From assembly GCA_963804165.1 (NCBI GenBank), contig CAWDPO010000014.1, forward strand, positions 1 through 64,000: 64,000 nt of DNA. The letters run 5' to 3'. The notes under the pieces were generated by a model that was given only the letters and a program-made list of their open reading frames with translations, searched no databases and was not told where the DNA came from. This document shows, piece by piece, positions 1 to 10,326 of this stretch. The position numbers were made by a program, and so were the translations under genes. How positions within the stretch are numbered: position 1 is the first letter of the stretch; every line of letters starts with the position of its first letter. This stretch comes from an uncultured delta proteobacterium (GTDB lineage: Bacteria > Desulfobacterota > Binatia > UBA9968).

Positions 1-19
1 ATCTGCGGATGACTGTCCG

Positions 20-1165
20 ATGAGAGTTGCGTTGGTGCACGATTGGCTCACGGGAATGCGCGGCGGCGAGCGCTGTCTAGAGGCCCTGTGCGAGATGTAT
101 CCCGACGCCGATCTCTACACACTGATTTATCTGCCTGATAAAGTTTCCTCGACGATCCGCGCCGCCAAGGTTCGCGCTTCGTGGGTGAGTCGATTGCCTG
201 GAATCGGGCACTATTACCGCTATTGCCTACCGATTTTTCCCCACGTGGCGGAGAGCTTCGAGCTCACGGATTACGAACTGATTGTGTCCAGCAGCCACTG
301 TGTGGCGAAGGGAATTTTCCCGGGCAAAGCTTTACACGTGGCCTATATCCATTCGCCCATGCGCTACGTTTGGGACATGCACGGCGCATACTTCGGAGCC
401 GACGCTTCTTGGTTGGCGCGAACCGGCATGGCCGTTTGGCGCAATTACCTGCAAGGCTGGGATATGCGGTCCGCAGAGAGGGTGGGGTGCTTTGTCGCTA
501 GCTCCAAACATATTGCTGGAAAGATCAAAAATTTTTACGGCCGCGACTCGGTGGTGATTCATCCCCCCGTGGATCTGACCCGGTTTAGTATCGGCCGTAC
601 CCCCGACGACCCTTACTTCTTGATCGTCTCCGCCCTGGTGCCGTATAAGAGGATTGAACTTGCGGTCGAGGCGTTCAGCCAGATGGGATTGCCTTTGAAA
701 ATCGCCGGCGACGGACCCTTGGCCAAGTCCCTGAAAAAGCGTGCCGCGGCCAACGTCGAGTTTCTCGGTTGGGTCGATGACGCCCGATTAGGTGACTTAT
801 ACAGGGGTTGCGAGGCGGTGATTTTCCCCGGAGAAGAAGACTTTGGCATTGTGCCGCTGGAATCTCAGGCCAGCGGCAAGCCCGTGATCGCGTACGGCAG
901 GGGCGGGGTGAGAGAGAGCGTGATCGGGATCGATGATTTCGAGGACAGCAGCGCAGGAAAGCCGACGGGGATTTTTTTTATGGATTCCACAGTGTCGAGT
1001 TTGATCGTCGCCGTCGAGCGCTATCGTAAGAACAAACACCGGTTTGACCCTGCCGTTCTTCGTCGCCACGCGTCGCGTTTTTCCCATGGCGCGTTCAAGT
1101 CCCAAATGAAACAATTGATCGAGACCAAGCTTCTGGAGCGGTCGCGCGCCGGCACAAAATGCTGA
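20..1165 (+). CDS. Glycosyltransferase family 4 (GT-B)
   Basis: N-terminal VALVHDWLTGMRGGE and C-terminal EEDFGIVPLESQASGKPVIA motifs typical of GT4. Confidence 0.92.
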   Translation: MRVALVHDWLTGMRGGERCLEALCEMYPDADLYTLIYLPDKVSSTIRAAKVRASWVSRLPGIGHYYRYCLPIFPHVAESFELTDYELIVSSSHCVAKGIFPGKALHVAYIHSPMRYVWDMHGAYFGADASWLARTGMAVWRNYLQGWDMRSAERVGCFVASSKHIAGKIKNFYGRDSVVIHPPVDLTRFSIGRTPDDPYFLIVSALVPYKRIELAVEAFSQMGLPLKIAGDGPLAKSLKKRAAANVEFLGWVDDARLGDLYRGCEAVIFPGEEDFGIVPLESQASGKPVIAYGRGGVRESVIGIDDFEDSSAGKPTGIFFMDSTVSSLIVAVERYRKNKHRFDPAVLRRHASRFSHGAFKSQMKQLIETKLLERSRAGTKC

Positions 1166-2562
1166 AACGGCATAACGAATTCTTCAAGAGCCTGGCGCGC
1201 TTGAATGATATCTTTTTTCTCAGCGCGGCCTGGTGGCTCGCCTATGTGCTCCGATTCAACACAGCGCTGTTCCCCCCACCGGAGAATTATGTCTTCCGGC
1301 ACTACGTCATTGCCTGGCTGCTCATTTTGCTGACGTGGGCGGCGGTCTTCGAAACCTTGAACTTTTACCGTCCTCGCCGGCTATCGAGCGGTCGCCGCGA
1401 GCTGATCGATCTGATCAACGGCTCGGCGTTGGCCTTGCTGATCTTTTTGGGCGCGCTGTTTCTGATCCGCGAGATCGTACTTTCCCGCGCCGTAGTTATT
1501 CTCTTCTGGCTTGCGTCGCTGGTCTTTCTTTACACAAGCCATATCACCGTGCGCCAAGGGCTCCGCTTGCTGCGCCGCCGCGGTTACAACCTCCGTCACA
1601 TGGCGATCGTCGGAACTCCGGCTCAGTCGAGACAACTGCTGGAGAAACTTAAACTCTATAGGCACTTGGGGTACCACGTGGCCGGGTTGCTGCCTCTCGA
1701 TGCCGCGGCGGAGAGAGATGAGCGCGGCTACGGCGTTCGAGTCCTCGCCGATAGTAGCGAGGTTCTACGGCTCATCCGAGCGGGGGAAGTCGATGGCATT
1801 TTCGTCGCCTTGCCGCTGGAGCAATCGTCGTACCTTCACGAAGTACAGGAGTGGTTGGCGGATGAGCCCGTCGATCTATACTTCGTGCCCGATTTGGGCA
1901 AGCTCGCCAAGCTGCGCAGCGATGTGGAAGAGTTCGATGGGATGCAAATCATCAGCCTGCAAACCTCGCCGCTCTATGGCTGGAATACCGTACACAAACG
2001 AACCATGGACCTGATCGTTGGCGGCTTGGCCTTTTTCATTTCATTGCCGGTGATGGCGGTGATCGCGGTGGCGATCAAGCTTACGTCTCATGGGCCCGTG
2101 CTGTACCGCCAGGAGCGCATGGGTTTGGACGGCGAGCCGTTCCAGATGCTCAAGTTCCGCACCATGGTGAACGACGCCGAGCGGCTTACCGGTCCGGTCT
2201 GGTCCGCCGAGGACGACCCGCGCATCACCCAACTGGGTCGGTGGCTCAGGCGAACGAGCATGGACGAGCTGCCGCAGCTCGTCAATGTGCTGCGCGGGGA
2301 CATGAGTCTCGTCGGGCCTCGTCCCGAGCGGCCACCGCTCATCAAAGAGTTTCGCAAATCGATGCCGAAGTATATGCTGCGGCTGAAGATGAAGGCAGGC
2401 ATGACAGGCTGGGCGCAGGTGAATGGCTGGCGGGGGAATACTTCCCTCGAACGGCGCATCGAACACGATATCGATTATATCGAGCATTGGTCCCTTGCGC
2501 GGGATCTAAAAATCCTTGCCCTTACCCTCGTGCGCGGCTTCGTCCATAGGAATGTCGGCTAG
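1159..2562 (+). CDS. wcaJ: Undecaprenyl-phosphate glucose phosphotransferase (priming glycosyltransferase)
   Basis: N-terminal TM helices, then C-terminal sugar transferase domain with KFRTM, DPRIT, SMDELPQL.NVLRGDMSLVGPRPERP, GMTGWAQVNG. Confidence 0.92.
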   Translation: MLKRHNEFFKSLARLNDIFFLSAAWWLAYVLRFNTALFPPPENYVFRHYVIAWLLILLTWAAVFETLNFYRPRRLSSGRRELIDLINGSALALLIFLGALFLIREIVLSRAVVILFWLASLVFLYTSHITVRQGLRLLRRRGYNLRHMAIVGTPAQSRQLLEKLKLYRHLGYHVAGLLPLDAAAERDERGYGVRVLADSSEVLRLIRAGEVDGIFVALPLEQSSYLHEVQEWLADEPVDLYFVPDLGKLAKLRSDVEEFDGMQIISLQTSPLYGWNTVHKRTMDLIVGGLAFFISLPVMAVIAVAIKLTSHGPVLYRQERMGLDGEPFQMLKFRTMVNDAERLTGPVWSAEDDPRITQLGRWLRRTSMDELPQLVNVLRGDMSLVGPRPERPPLIKEFRKSMPKYMLRLKMKAGMTGWAQVNGWRGNTSLERRIEHDIDYIEHWSLARDLKILALTLVRGFVHRNVG

Positions 2563-2564
2563 AC

Positions 2565-3815
2565 ATGAGAGCGGTGGAGGCGGAGGGGAGCGGATTATCC
2601 ACAAACCTGGTGGATTGGTGGGGAAAGGGAGTTTTCCTTTTTCTGTGTTTTTCAATCCTGCTTCTCGGTGTCGGCCGTTTCGAATTACCATTCTCGGGTG
2701 CGAGATTCAGCGCTTGGAGCACCTCGCGGACGACGTTTTTCTTCTGGCTGATCTGGAAGATTCTTATCTGGCGCCGCCTAGGGCGGCAAAATCTCGGGCT
2801 CAATAAGAGCTCCCTGCCGCTTCCACTGCTGGCGTTTTTCACCGTAGTTACGGTGTCGCTCTTGCCGGATTTTCACGGCGCGGATGATTATCGCTATTTC
2901 CTATTTGCCGTTCTGCACTGCGTCATGATTTTGGATCTCTTCGGCGCCAACGAGAGACCGAAACTTCTTTTGTTCGTGCTAGGGGTGCTGCCGGGGTTGC
3001 TCGTCATTCGCGGTATCCTATCCGAACCATCAGTGCTGAATCTTAGCCTGTTGAATCGCTTTGAATACCCTGTAGCACATCCCAACTCGGCAGGATTGGT
3101 CTTCTCGATGAGCATCCCGCTGGCGTTGACCATTATTGTCAGTCAGAGGGGATGGCTCCGCAGCTTGACGTTCGTCTCGCTCGCGGCACAGTTCTCCGGC
3201 CTAATACTCACCTACTCCAGGAGCGCGTGGCTTGGCTGTGTGGTGTCCTTGGTGGCAATTGCCTTGCTGGAAAGTAGTCTTAGGAAAGTGGTCCTAGCGC
3301 TCGGGCTCTTGGGCTTGGTCGCGTTTCTCTCCGTCGCGCCGTTGCGTAGCCGTTTACTGTCAATGGTGAACCCGACTGACGATCTTGCCATCGATGAGCG
3401 GTTTCAGTTCATGACCCGCGCCCTCGCCGTCGGGCTAGAAAACCCGCTCCTCGGAGTCGGATATGGCAGAGATCGTCTTCGCGAAGGCATTAAAAAAACG
3501 ACAGCGGACTCCACGCAAATTCAGTTTATTCCTCACAGCCATAACCTTTACATCGAATTGTTCGCCGAAATCGGACTGGTGGGGCTTGGTGCCTTTATGT
3601 GGATGATTTTGTCGAATTTGAGTCGACTCATCCTCAGGGCGCGGCGCCAGCTATCGGCGCCAATTCGAATCCGCTATTTCTGCTTGGGCGCGTCTCTCTT
3701 CGCCTTTCTGGTGAGCGTCCTGGGAGACGCGCCATTTTATGACCACCATACCCGAATCTATTTTCTTCACTCTGCTACCTTTGACTTATTTATTTTTGCG
3801 CATCGATGTCCCTGA
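2565..3815 (+). CDS. O-antigen ligase/Wzy_C family membrane protein (C-terminus possibly frameshifted)
   Basis: Multi-TM; HPN, LTYSRSAWLG, NPLLGVG and HSHNLYIELFAEIGLVG motifs. Confidence 0.85.
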   Translation: MRAVEAEGSGLSTNLVDWWGKGVFLFLCFSILLLGVGRFELPFSGARFSAWSTSRTTFFFWLIWKILIWRRLGRQNLGLNKSSLPLPLLAFFTVVTVSLLPDFHGADDYRYFLFAVLHCVMILDLFGANERPKLLLFVLGVLPGLLVIRGILSEPSVLNLSLLNRFEYPVAHPNSAGLVFSMSIPLALTIIVSQRGWLRSLTFVSLAAQFSGLILTYSRSAWLGCVVSLVAIALLESSLRKVVLALGLLGLVAFLSVAPLRSRLLSMVNPTDDLAIDERFQFMTRALAVGLENPLLGVGYGRDRLREGIKKTTADSTQIQFIPHSHNLYIELFAEIGLVGLGAFMWMILSNLSRLILRARRQLSAPIRIRYFCLGASLFAFLVSVLGDAPFYDHHTRIYFLHSATFDLFIFAHRCP

Positions 3816-3881
3816 CTGCGGCGCTAGGGAATAATCAGTTTCCCCCTTCCTCACAATCTGCTATCATGGGGTCCTTCAGGC

Positions 3882-4259
3882 ATGAAGCAGTTACTTTATA
3901 GCGGGCAGAAGGTCGAAAAGCCGTGGGGGCACGAGCTTATCTGGGCCCATACCGAGCGCTATGTCGGCAAGATTCTTCACATCATCAAGGGCGAGTCGTT
4001 GAGCTATCAATACCACGTCGTGAAAGACGAGACGATTCGTCTGCTATCGGGAGCGCTCGAAATGGATCTGGAGGTCGAGGGCGAACGGAACACCATTCGA
4101 CTCGCGCCCGGTGAGAGCTTGCACATCATTCCCGGCATGAAGCATCGCATGATCGCGCTCGAAGATTGCGATGTCTTGGAAGTGTCGACGCCGGAGCTCG
4201 ACGATGTGGTTCGCTTGGAAGACCGCTACGGCAGAGCCAAACCTGAAACGAGCAAATAA
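3882..4259 (+). CDS. Cupin domain protein (mannose-6-phosphate isomerase C-terminal-like)
   Basis: VEKPWGHE, SYQYH..KDET, PGMKHRM, EVSTPELDDVVRLEDRYGR. Confidence 0.85.
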   Translation: MKQLLYSGQKVEKPWGHELIWAHTERYVGKILHIIKGESLSYQYHVVKDETIRLLSGALEMDLEVEGERNTIRLAPGESLHIIPGMKHRMIALEDCDVLEVSTPELDDVVRLEDRYGRAKPETSK

Positions 4260-4278
4260 GTCTGTAATTGAAAGATCC

Positions 4279-5977
4279 ATGGACGCGCAGTTGAGTCTCT
4301 CCGAGCGGCTGATCGAACGGCGGCTCATCTCCGGCGAGGAGCTGGAGCGGGTCATCAAGCTGCAGCAGGAGCAGCAGGCCCCTCTAAGCCGGCTCGTCGT
4401 CGAATTGGGTTTTTTATCCGAAGAGGATTTGTTACCCGTATTGCGGGACCACTTCGATATCCCCTTAATGTCGCTAAAGGACGTTCCCGCCGCGCCTCTG
4501 CCGATCGAACTACCTTCCGGAATCGGCGATTTTTTCAAGCTGGCGCGGATGGTTCCGGTGAAAGTGGATGGGCGGGAGCTCTTGGTTGCGACCACCGATC
4601 CCTTGGACTTTTCGCGGTTGCATGCGTTGGAGCTTGCCGTTGGCATGAGCGTCAAGCCGGTTTTGGCGCGGGAAAAGGAAATATCGGCGCGCATCGAGGC
4701 GCTCTACAGCAGCGGCTTCACCGCCGACGGTAGCCAATCGGCGACGCAGCAAATCGACGGCATCAATGACGACGAGGATGTGGCCCATTTGCGCGACATG
4801 GCTTCCGAGGTGCCGGTCATTCGCATGGTCAATCAAATGCTCGTGCGCGCGCTCGAGAGCCGCGCGTCGGACGTGCATATCGAGCCCTTCGAAAATCAAC
4901 TCAAGGTCCGCTACCGCATCGACGGCATTCTGCACGAGGTCGAATCGCCGCCACGGCAATTAAGGGCCGCGGTTATTTCGCGTCTCAAGATTCTTGCTCA
5001 GCTTAATATCGCGGAGCGCCGCTTGCCGCAGGACGGCCGCATAAAAACCCGTCTAGCCGGCAAAGACGTCGACCTGCGTATCGCGACGGTGCCGACCCTT
5101 TATGGCGAGAGCGTGGTCATTCGACTTCTTAGAGCGGGGGCAGATATTCACCGAGCTCGACACTCTGGGATTTCCCGCCGGGCTTCTGGCCAAGTTCAAC
5201 GAGATGATCAAAAGACCCCATGGTATGCTCCTCGTCACCGGTCCGACCGGCAGCGGCAAGACGACCACGCTTTACGGCGCGCTGCAAAAGATCAACGATC
5301 CCGGAAAAAAGATCATTACGATCGAAGACCCAGTGGAATACCAATTGAGCGGCGTCAATCAGATATACGTCAAGCCGCAAATCGGATTGACCTTCGCCAA
5401 CGGTCTCCGCTCGATCGTGCGCCAAGACCCCGATGTCATCATGGTGGGCGAGATCCGCGACGCCGAGACCGCCGAGATCGCCGTACAGGCGGCACTCACC
5501 GGTCACTTGGTGCTTTCGACTCTGCATACCAACGACGCCGCCGGCGCGATTTCCCGCCTGCTAGAAATGGGCGTGCAAGATTATCTCCTCTCGTCATCGC
5601 TTTTGGGCGTGTTGGCGCAGCGGCTGGTGCGACGCCTATGCCCGGCATGCCGCAAAGAAGTTGCGTTTGCAGGTTTGGACATCACGGCGGCGGAACTGGA
5701 GTTGCAAAATAGTAACGCCGTGCAAACCGTGTGGGAAGCCACGGGATGCGACGCCTGCAACCAAACCGGCTATCTGGGGCGCGTGGGGATTTTTGAGTTA
5801 CTGCCAGCGACTTCGGAAATCTGCAAGGTGATCGTGCAGCGCGCCGACGCCGGCACGATCCGCAATCTGGCCGTACGCCAGGGAATGCGCCTGCTCCGGG
5901 ACGACGGCTGGGATAAGGTGCGCCAGGGCACCACGACCTTAGCCGAATTGCTGCGAGTGACGCGGGAAGAGGCATAA
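4279..5977 (+). CDS. gspE: T2SS ATPase GspE (one frameshift near 5125)
   Basis: ASDVHIEP and ERRLPQDGR in ORF 4171-5712; [37 protein letters not shown] and CxxC motifs in ORF 5102-5977. Confidence 0.92.
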
Positions 5978-5981
5978 GCGT

Positions 5982-6056
5982 CGTTCGAGGATCGGAACGT
6001 TCAAACGTTCACGATATTCAAAAATCTATTACGTTGAACGTTTGAACTCTTGAACG
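5982..6056. repeat. Intergenic palindrome built from ~8-bp GTTCAAAC units
   Basis: GTTCAAACGTTCA (5999-6011) is the exact reverse complement of TGAACGTTTGAAC (6035-6047), with degenerate outer units. Confidence 0.7.
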
Positions 6057-6073
6057 GTGGTTTCCGAGTAGTC

Positions 6074-7297
6074 ATGGCTTTTTTCCAATATCGCGCCGCG
6101 GATCAGGCGGGAAAGGTTGTCGAAGGCGTGATCGAAGCGGACGCCGAGCAAAGCGTGATCTTGCAGCTGCGCGAGATGGGCTGTGTGCCCTTGCGCATCG
6201 CGCTGCCGAGCGAGCGTGCGGTTGGAACGGCGCGCCCGCAACTCGTGCTGACTTCGCGGCGCAAGGTGAGTCAGCAACAGCTCCTGCAATTTACCCGCGA
6301 GCTCGGCACGTTGCTCGGCGCCGGCTTGCCTCTCGACCGCAGTCTATCGATCCTCGGCGGCTTGGTCGAAGGCGGTGAGTTGAGCAAGATTTTGCGCTCC
6401 CTGGTCGAGGCGGTGCGCGCCGGGAAATCATTGGCCGCTTCGATGGCGGATCATCCCGAGGTGTTTCCCAAGATTTACGTGAACATGATCCGCGCCGGTG
6501 AAGCCGGCGGCATTTTGGAAAACGTGCTGCGTTATTTGACGGAGTACTTGGAAAGCACCCTCGCGCTCAAGGAAGAAGTCAAATCCGCGTTGATCTATCC
6601 GGCGATACTGGCGAGTGCGGCCGGCTTGTCGCTGATCGTGATGTTCGTCTTCGTCATTCCACGATTCTCCGCGATTTTTAGAGACGTAAACAAATCTCTG
6701 CCGTTGATCACCAAGCTGGTTCTTAACTTGAGCTTAATCCTGTCAGAATACGGCTGGATCATTCTCCTCGTTTTAATCGGCATTGTTGGCGCGGCGATCT
6801 TTTATATCCGCTCGCCTGAAGGAAAAGGCGAGTGGGATCGTTTGTGTTTGCGCGCGTGGTTGTTCGGCGAACTGGTGCGCAAGTTCGAGACGGCCCGTTT
6901 CGCCCGCACGCTTTCTGCGCTAATGAAAGGCGGCGTGCCCCTGCTCGACGCCCTGGGAACCGTTCAGGGGGTCATTGGTAACCGGTTGCTGGCGCGTGCG
7001 ATCAGCCAAGTACAAGTGCGCGTGCGTGAGGGCAAGGGGATGGCTCGGCCATTAAACGAGAGCGGTCTCTTCCCGGCTCTCGCATTGAATATGATTGCCG
7101 TGGGAGAGGAAACCGGTAAACTGGACGGAATGTTGGCGGAAGTCGCGAATTATTACGATCAAGAGGTCAAACGGACGACGAAAAGATTGACGTCATTACT
7201 GGAGCCAGCGCTGATACTCGTGATGGGACTCATCGTCGGTGTGGTCGTTATATCCATGTTGCTGGCAATTTTTAGTATCAATGATTTACCCTTCTAA
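6074..7297 (+). CDS. gspF: T2SS inner-membrane platform protein GspF
   Basis: F.YRA..G start, two T2SSF domains (MIRAGEAGG, MIAVGEETGKLD, LLEP). Confidence 0.93.
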   Translation: MAFFQYRAADQAGKVVEGVIEADAEQSVILQLREMGCVPLRIALPSERAVGTARPQLVLTSRRKVSQQQLLQFTRELGTLLGAGLPLDRSLSILGGLVEGGELSKILRSLVEAVRAGKSLAASMADHPEVFPKIYVNMIRAGEAGGILENVLRYLTEYLESTLALKEEVKSALIYPAILASAAGLSLIVMFVFVIPRFSAIFRDVNKSLPLITKLVLNLSLILSEYGWIILLVLIGIVGAAIFYIRSPEGKGEWDRLCLRAWLFGELVRKFETARFARTLSALMKGGVPLLDALGTVQGVIGNRLLARAISQVQVRVREGKGMARPLNESGLFPALALNMIAVGEETGKLDGMLAEVANYYDQEVKRTTKRLTSLLEPALILVMGLIVGVVVISMLLAIFSINDLPF

Positions 7298-7707
7298 AAG
7301 AGTCTTAATAAATGCCCAGGGCTTCACGCTGATCGAGCTCCTGATCGTAGTGACGATTATCGCCTTGCTCGCCGGTCTCGTCGTGCCGCAATTCATGAAG
7401 CAAGAAGAGAAAGCAACGGCTAAAGCTGCCAAGGCTCAAGTCGAGCTTCTCGGCACCGCGCTCGACACGTTTCGTCTCGATGTCGGCCGATATCCATTGA
7501 CACAAGAGGGACTCGCTGCGCTTAATCAGAAGCCGGGCGGGGTCGACCGTTGGGACGGGCCGTATCTCAAAAAAGAAGTCCCGCCGGATCCGTGGGGTAA
7601 ACCCTATATCTACAAAAGTCCCGGCGATCATGGTCCTTACGATATCATTTCCTATGGCGCCGACGGGGTGCCCGGGGCGGGACGATGTTAACAGCTGGGA
7701 AAGGTAG
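7281..7707 (+). CDS. gspG: Major pseudopilin GspG (frameshift near 7680)
   Basis: Prepilin QG|FTLIELL, FRLDVGRYP, WDGPYL, DPWGKPY, SYGADG; the usual DVNSW end lies in another frame. Confidence 0.9.
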
Positions 7708-8143
7708 CAGCGGCTTTTCGCTTCTGGAGCTCGTTTTAGTCTTGCTCCTTATCGGGGTCAGCATGCTCATCGTACTGCCCAACATTGCCAAAGGATTGCA
7801 GGAACGTGAAGTGCGCAGCTCCGCCTTGGGGTTGGCAGCGGCGGCGCGCGATCTACGGAGCCGCGCGCTGTTCGATGGCGAGCCGCATCAGCTCGTCCTT
7901 AATTTTCCCCAAAATAGTTACCGCGTTTCGCGCTCCAGAGAAGTCAGCTTGCCCGCGGACGTGAAATTTATTTCCGTCGATGGCGGTGAACAGCTGGATC
8001 GCGACCGTACACGATTCCATTTCTATCCCAACGGCAGCAGTATGGGCGGAGACATCCGGCTTGCCGATCGCGAACAATCGATCTCCTATGTCATTCGCCT
8101 GGAAGCACTTACGGGCAGGATCGAAGTTTCGCGCGCCAATTGA
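7685..8143 (+). CDS. gspH: Minor pseudopilin GspH/FimT-like
   Basis: SG|FSLLELVLV N-methyl site, FYPNGSSMGG, LTGRI. Confidence 0.85.
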   Translation: MLTAGKGSSGFSLLELVLVLLLIGVSMLIVLPNIAKGLQEREVRSSALGLAAAARDLRSRALFDGEPHQLVLNFPQNSYRVSRSREVSLPADVKFISVDGGEQLDRDRTRFHFYPNGSSMGGDIRLADREQSISYVIRLEALTGRIEVSRAN

Positions 8144-8145
8144 TT

Positions 8146-8559
8146 ATGAGCCGCCGCTTTTATCGCCGATCGCTCCGAGGATTCACGTTGCTCGAAGTTT
8201 TGGTTGCGCTCACCATCCTCAGCTTGGGAGTAGTGACGTTGCTGCAAATTTTCTCTCTGGGTCTGCGCTTGGGAGCGCGCAGCGCGGTGCGCACGGAAGC
8301 CGCGGCGGACGGTGCACGGGTGATGGATGAATTGTTGGCGCGCAGAAAGCTACCCTGAAGCGGCGAAACGGGCACACTCGGCGGCACCGGCCGCTGGCAA
8401 GCCCAGGTTCAAACCGTAAGGGATCCATCGTCATCGTTGGGTTTATCGAATAATTGGGAACTCAAGGAAGTCGCCGTCGAGCTCTACGCGCTGGAGGGCA
8501 GACGCGAGCGGCTTATCGATCTAAAAACATTCCGTCTCGGCAAAAAAGCGAACCCATGA
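8146..8559 (+). CDS. gspI: Minor pseudopilin GspI (frameshift near 8355)
   Basis: RG|FTLLEVLVALTIL prepilin motif; position between gspH and gspJ. Confidence 0.75.
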
Positions 8560-9238
8560 CCATGACTCGTATGGTTGCGTTACCCTGAAGGACAAAGGGC
8601 GTTTCATAACAAACCGCGCGATCGCGCTGCCGACGCCGGATTTACGCTCATCGAAGTCGTTCTGGCGTTGACGATTTTCGCTCTCATGGGAGCGATTCTT
8701 TACGGCGCTTTCAGTCTCAGTCATCGCGCCGTGGAAAAGTCGCAAGCTAACGCCACGCGAAATCAAAAACAGCGCTCGGTTGCCGACCTCTCGGCAGCTA
8801 TATTCGCTCGGCATTCCCGTATCGGGAGTCTGCGCAAGAGGCCGACGGCGTTTTTTCAGGGCGAAGCCGAAAGCTGACGTTTGTCTCGGCGTATTCCCAG
8901 GGAAGGGGCGGGCGCGGCATGGCAAAGATTCAAATCGCGACAGGACGGCGGCCGTGAAGGCCGCGCGACGCTTAAGCTGGAAGAAACGACGCCCGTGCGC
9001 ATCAACGCAGACGCGGGCGCTGCCGGGCAGACCTATAGCGTGGTTCTTCAGGAGGGCATCAAAGAACTTCGCTTAGCGTACTTGGACCCGCAGGCGGATG
9101 ATGAAACGTGGGAAGAGCGTTGGGACGGGAACGAGCGAAGGACGCTGCCTCGTGCCGTGCGTGTTAGCTATTTGGATGATCGAGGCAGAGCCCGTGCGGT
9201 GGATTTTTCCGGTGATGCTGGCGGTGCTTGCGCCATGA
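8556..9238 (+). CDS. gspJ: Minor pseudopilin GspJ (several frameshifts)
   Basis: AG|FTLIEVVLALTIF in ORF 8575-8877; W..RWD....LPRAVRV C-terminal motif in ORF 8881-9861. Confidence 0.75.
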
Positions 9239-10271
9239 AATCGCAACGCCAACGCCCGTCGAATCCGCCCCCGCTTGCCGGCCAAGGGGGCGTCGTTCTT
9301 ATCGCCGTTTTGTGGATTTTTGTTTTTCTTTTCGTCGTCGCCTTCGAGTTCAGTCGTCGGCGCGCGAAGAAGCCACCGCGGCGCAACGTTTCAGTGATGA
9401 AACTCTCGGTTACTATTTGGCCGTGGCGGGTTTCGAGCGGGGTCTGTACGAATTTCTTAAATCAGCAGGGCGGTGCGAGAACTCCGACGCTGGGCGAGAA
9501 ACAGAGTGATCTGTTCGACGGTAGTTTTCGCGAGGAAACTCTCGGCGACGGGGCGTTCCGCGTGCGGCTCGTCGATGAAAGCGGCAAGGTCAACATCAAC
9601 CGAGTCAACGAAGAGACTCTGCGGCGAATCTTTACCAATCTCGGGATTGATGAGACCCGCAGGGACATGTTGGTCGACTCGATCATGGACTGGCGAGACG
9701 CCGACGACCTCCATCGGACCAACGGCGCCGAGAACGATTACTATGCGACTCTAACGCCGGCGTACAGCGCCAAGAACGGCCCGCTGGACAGCATCGAGGA
9801 TCTGCTTTGGATCAAGGGGATGACGGCCGATTTGTTCTTTGGCTACGATCGACGCGAATGATTCGTCGCCGAAGCGCGTCGCCTGCCATAGCGCTGCGCG
9901 AAATCTTTACCGTCGACAGCGCCATTGACCGGGTGAATCTGCGCACCGCGTCCGTCGAAACCATTCATGCACTGACGGGGATTCCTTTGGAGAAATGCCG
10001 AAACTTCGTCGACGAGCGCAAGAAGCTCTCTGAAAAAACACTGCCGGATTTGCTGCCGCTTCTCGGCATCGGCGCCGGCGATAGCGCGCTGCAAATGTTC
10101 GTTTTTACCAATCCATCGGTGGTCGCCGTGGAAGCGGAAGGCCGGCCGACGGGCGCCCGAACGGCGCGGCGGGTCAAAGGAGTCGTCCGGTTGGGCGGCG
10201 CTCAAGGATTCGAGTTGCTGCGCTGGCTGGATCGCGACATAGTAGTACCCCGGAGCTGGATCATAGGGTAA
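9235..10271 (+). CDS. gspK: Minor pseudopilin GspK (several frameshifts)
   Basis: GG|VVLIAVLW, DESGKVNIN, DSIMDWRDADD, GAENDYY, KNGPLDSIEDL, VNLRTAS. Confidence 0.85.
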
Positions 10272-10326
10272 GATAAGCTGGTTGAGGCGGTGCTTAGGGT
10301 GGGAATTGGATGCAAAGGCAAATACG

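Noticed and set aside
8881-9861. Apparent GspJ-GspK fusion ORF
   Set aside because: Produced by frameshifts; gspK has its own ATG at 9235 overlapping the gspJ stop.
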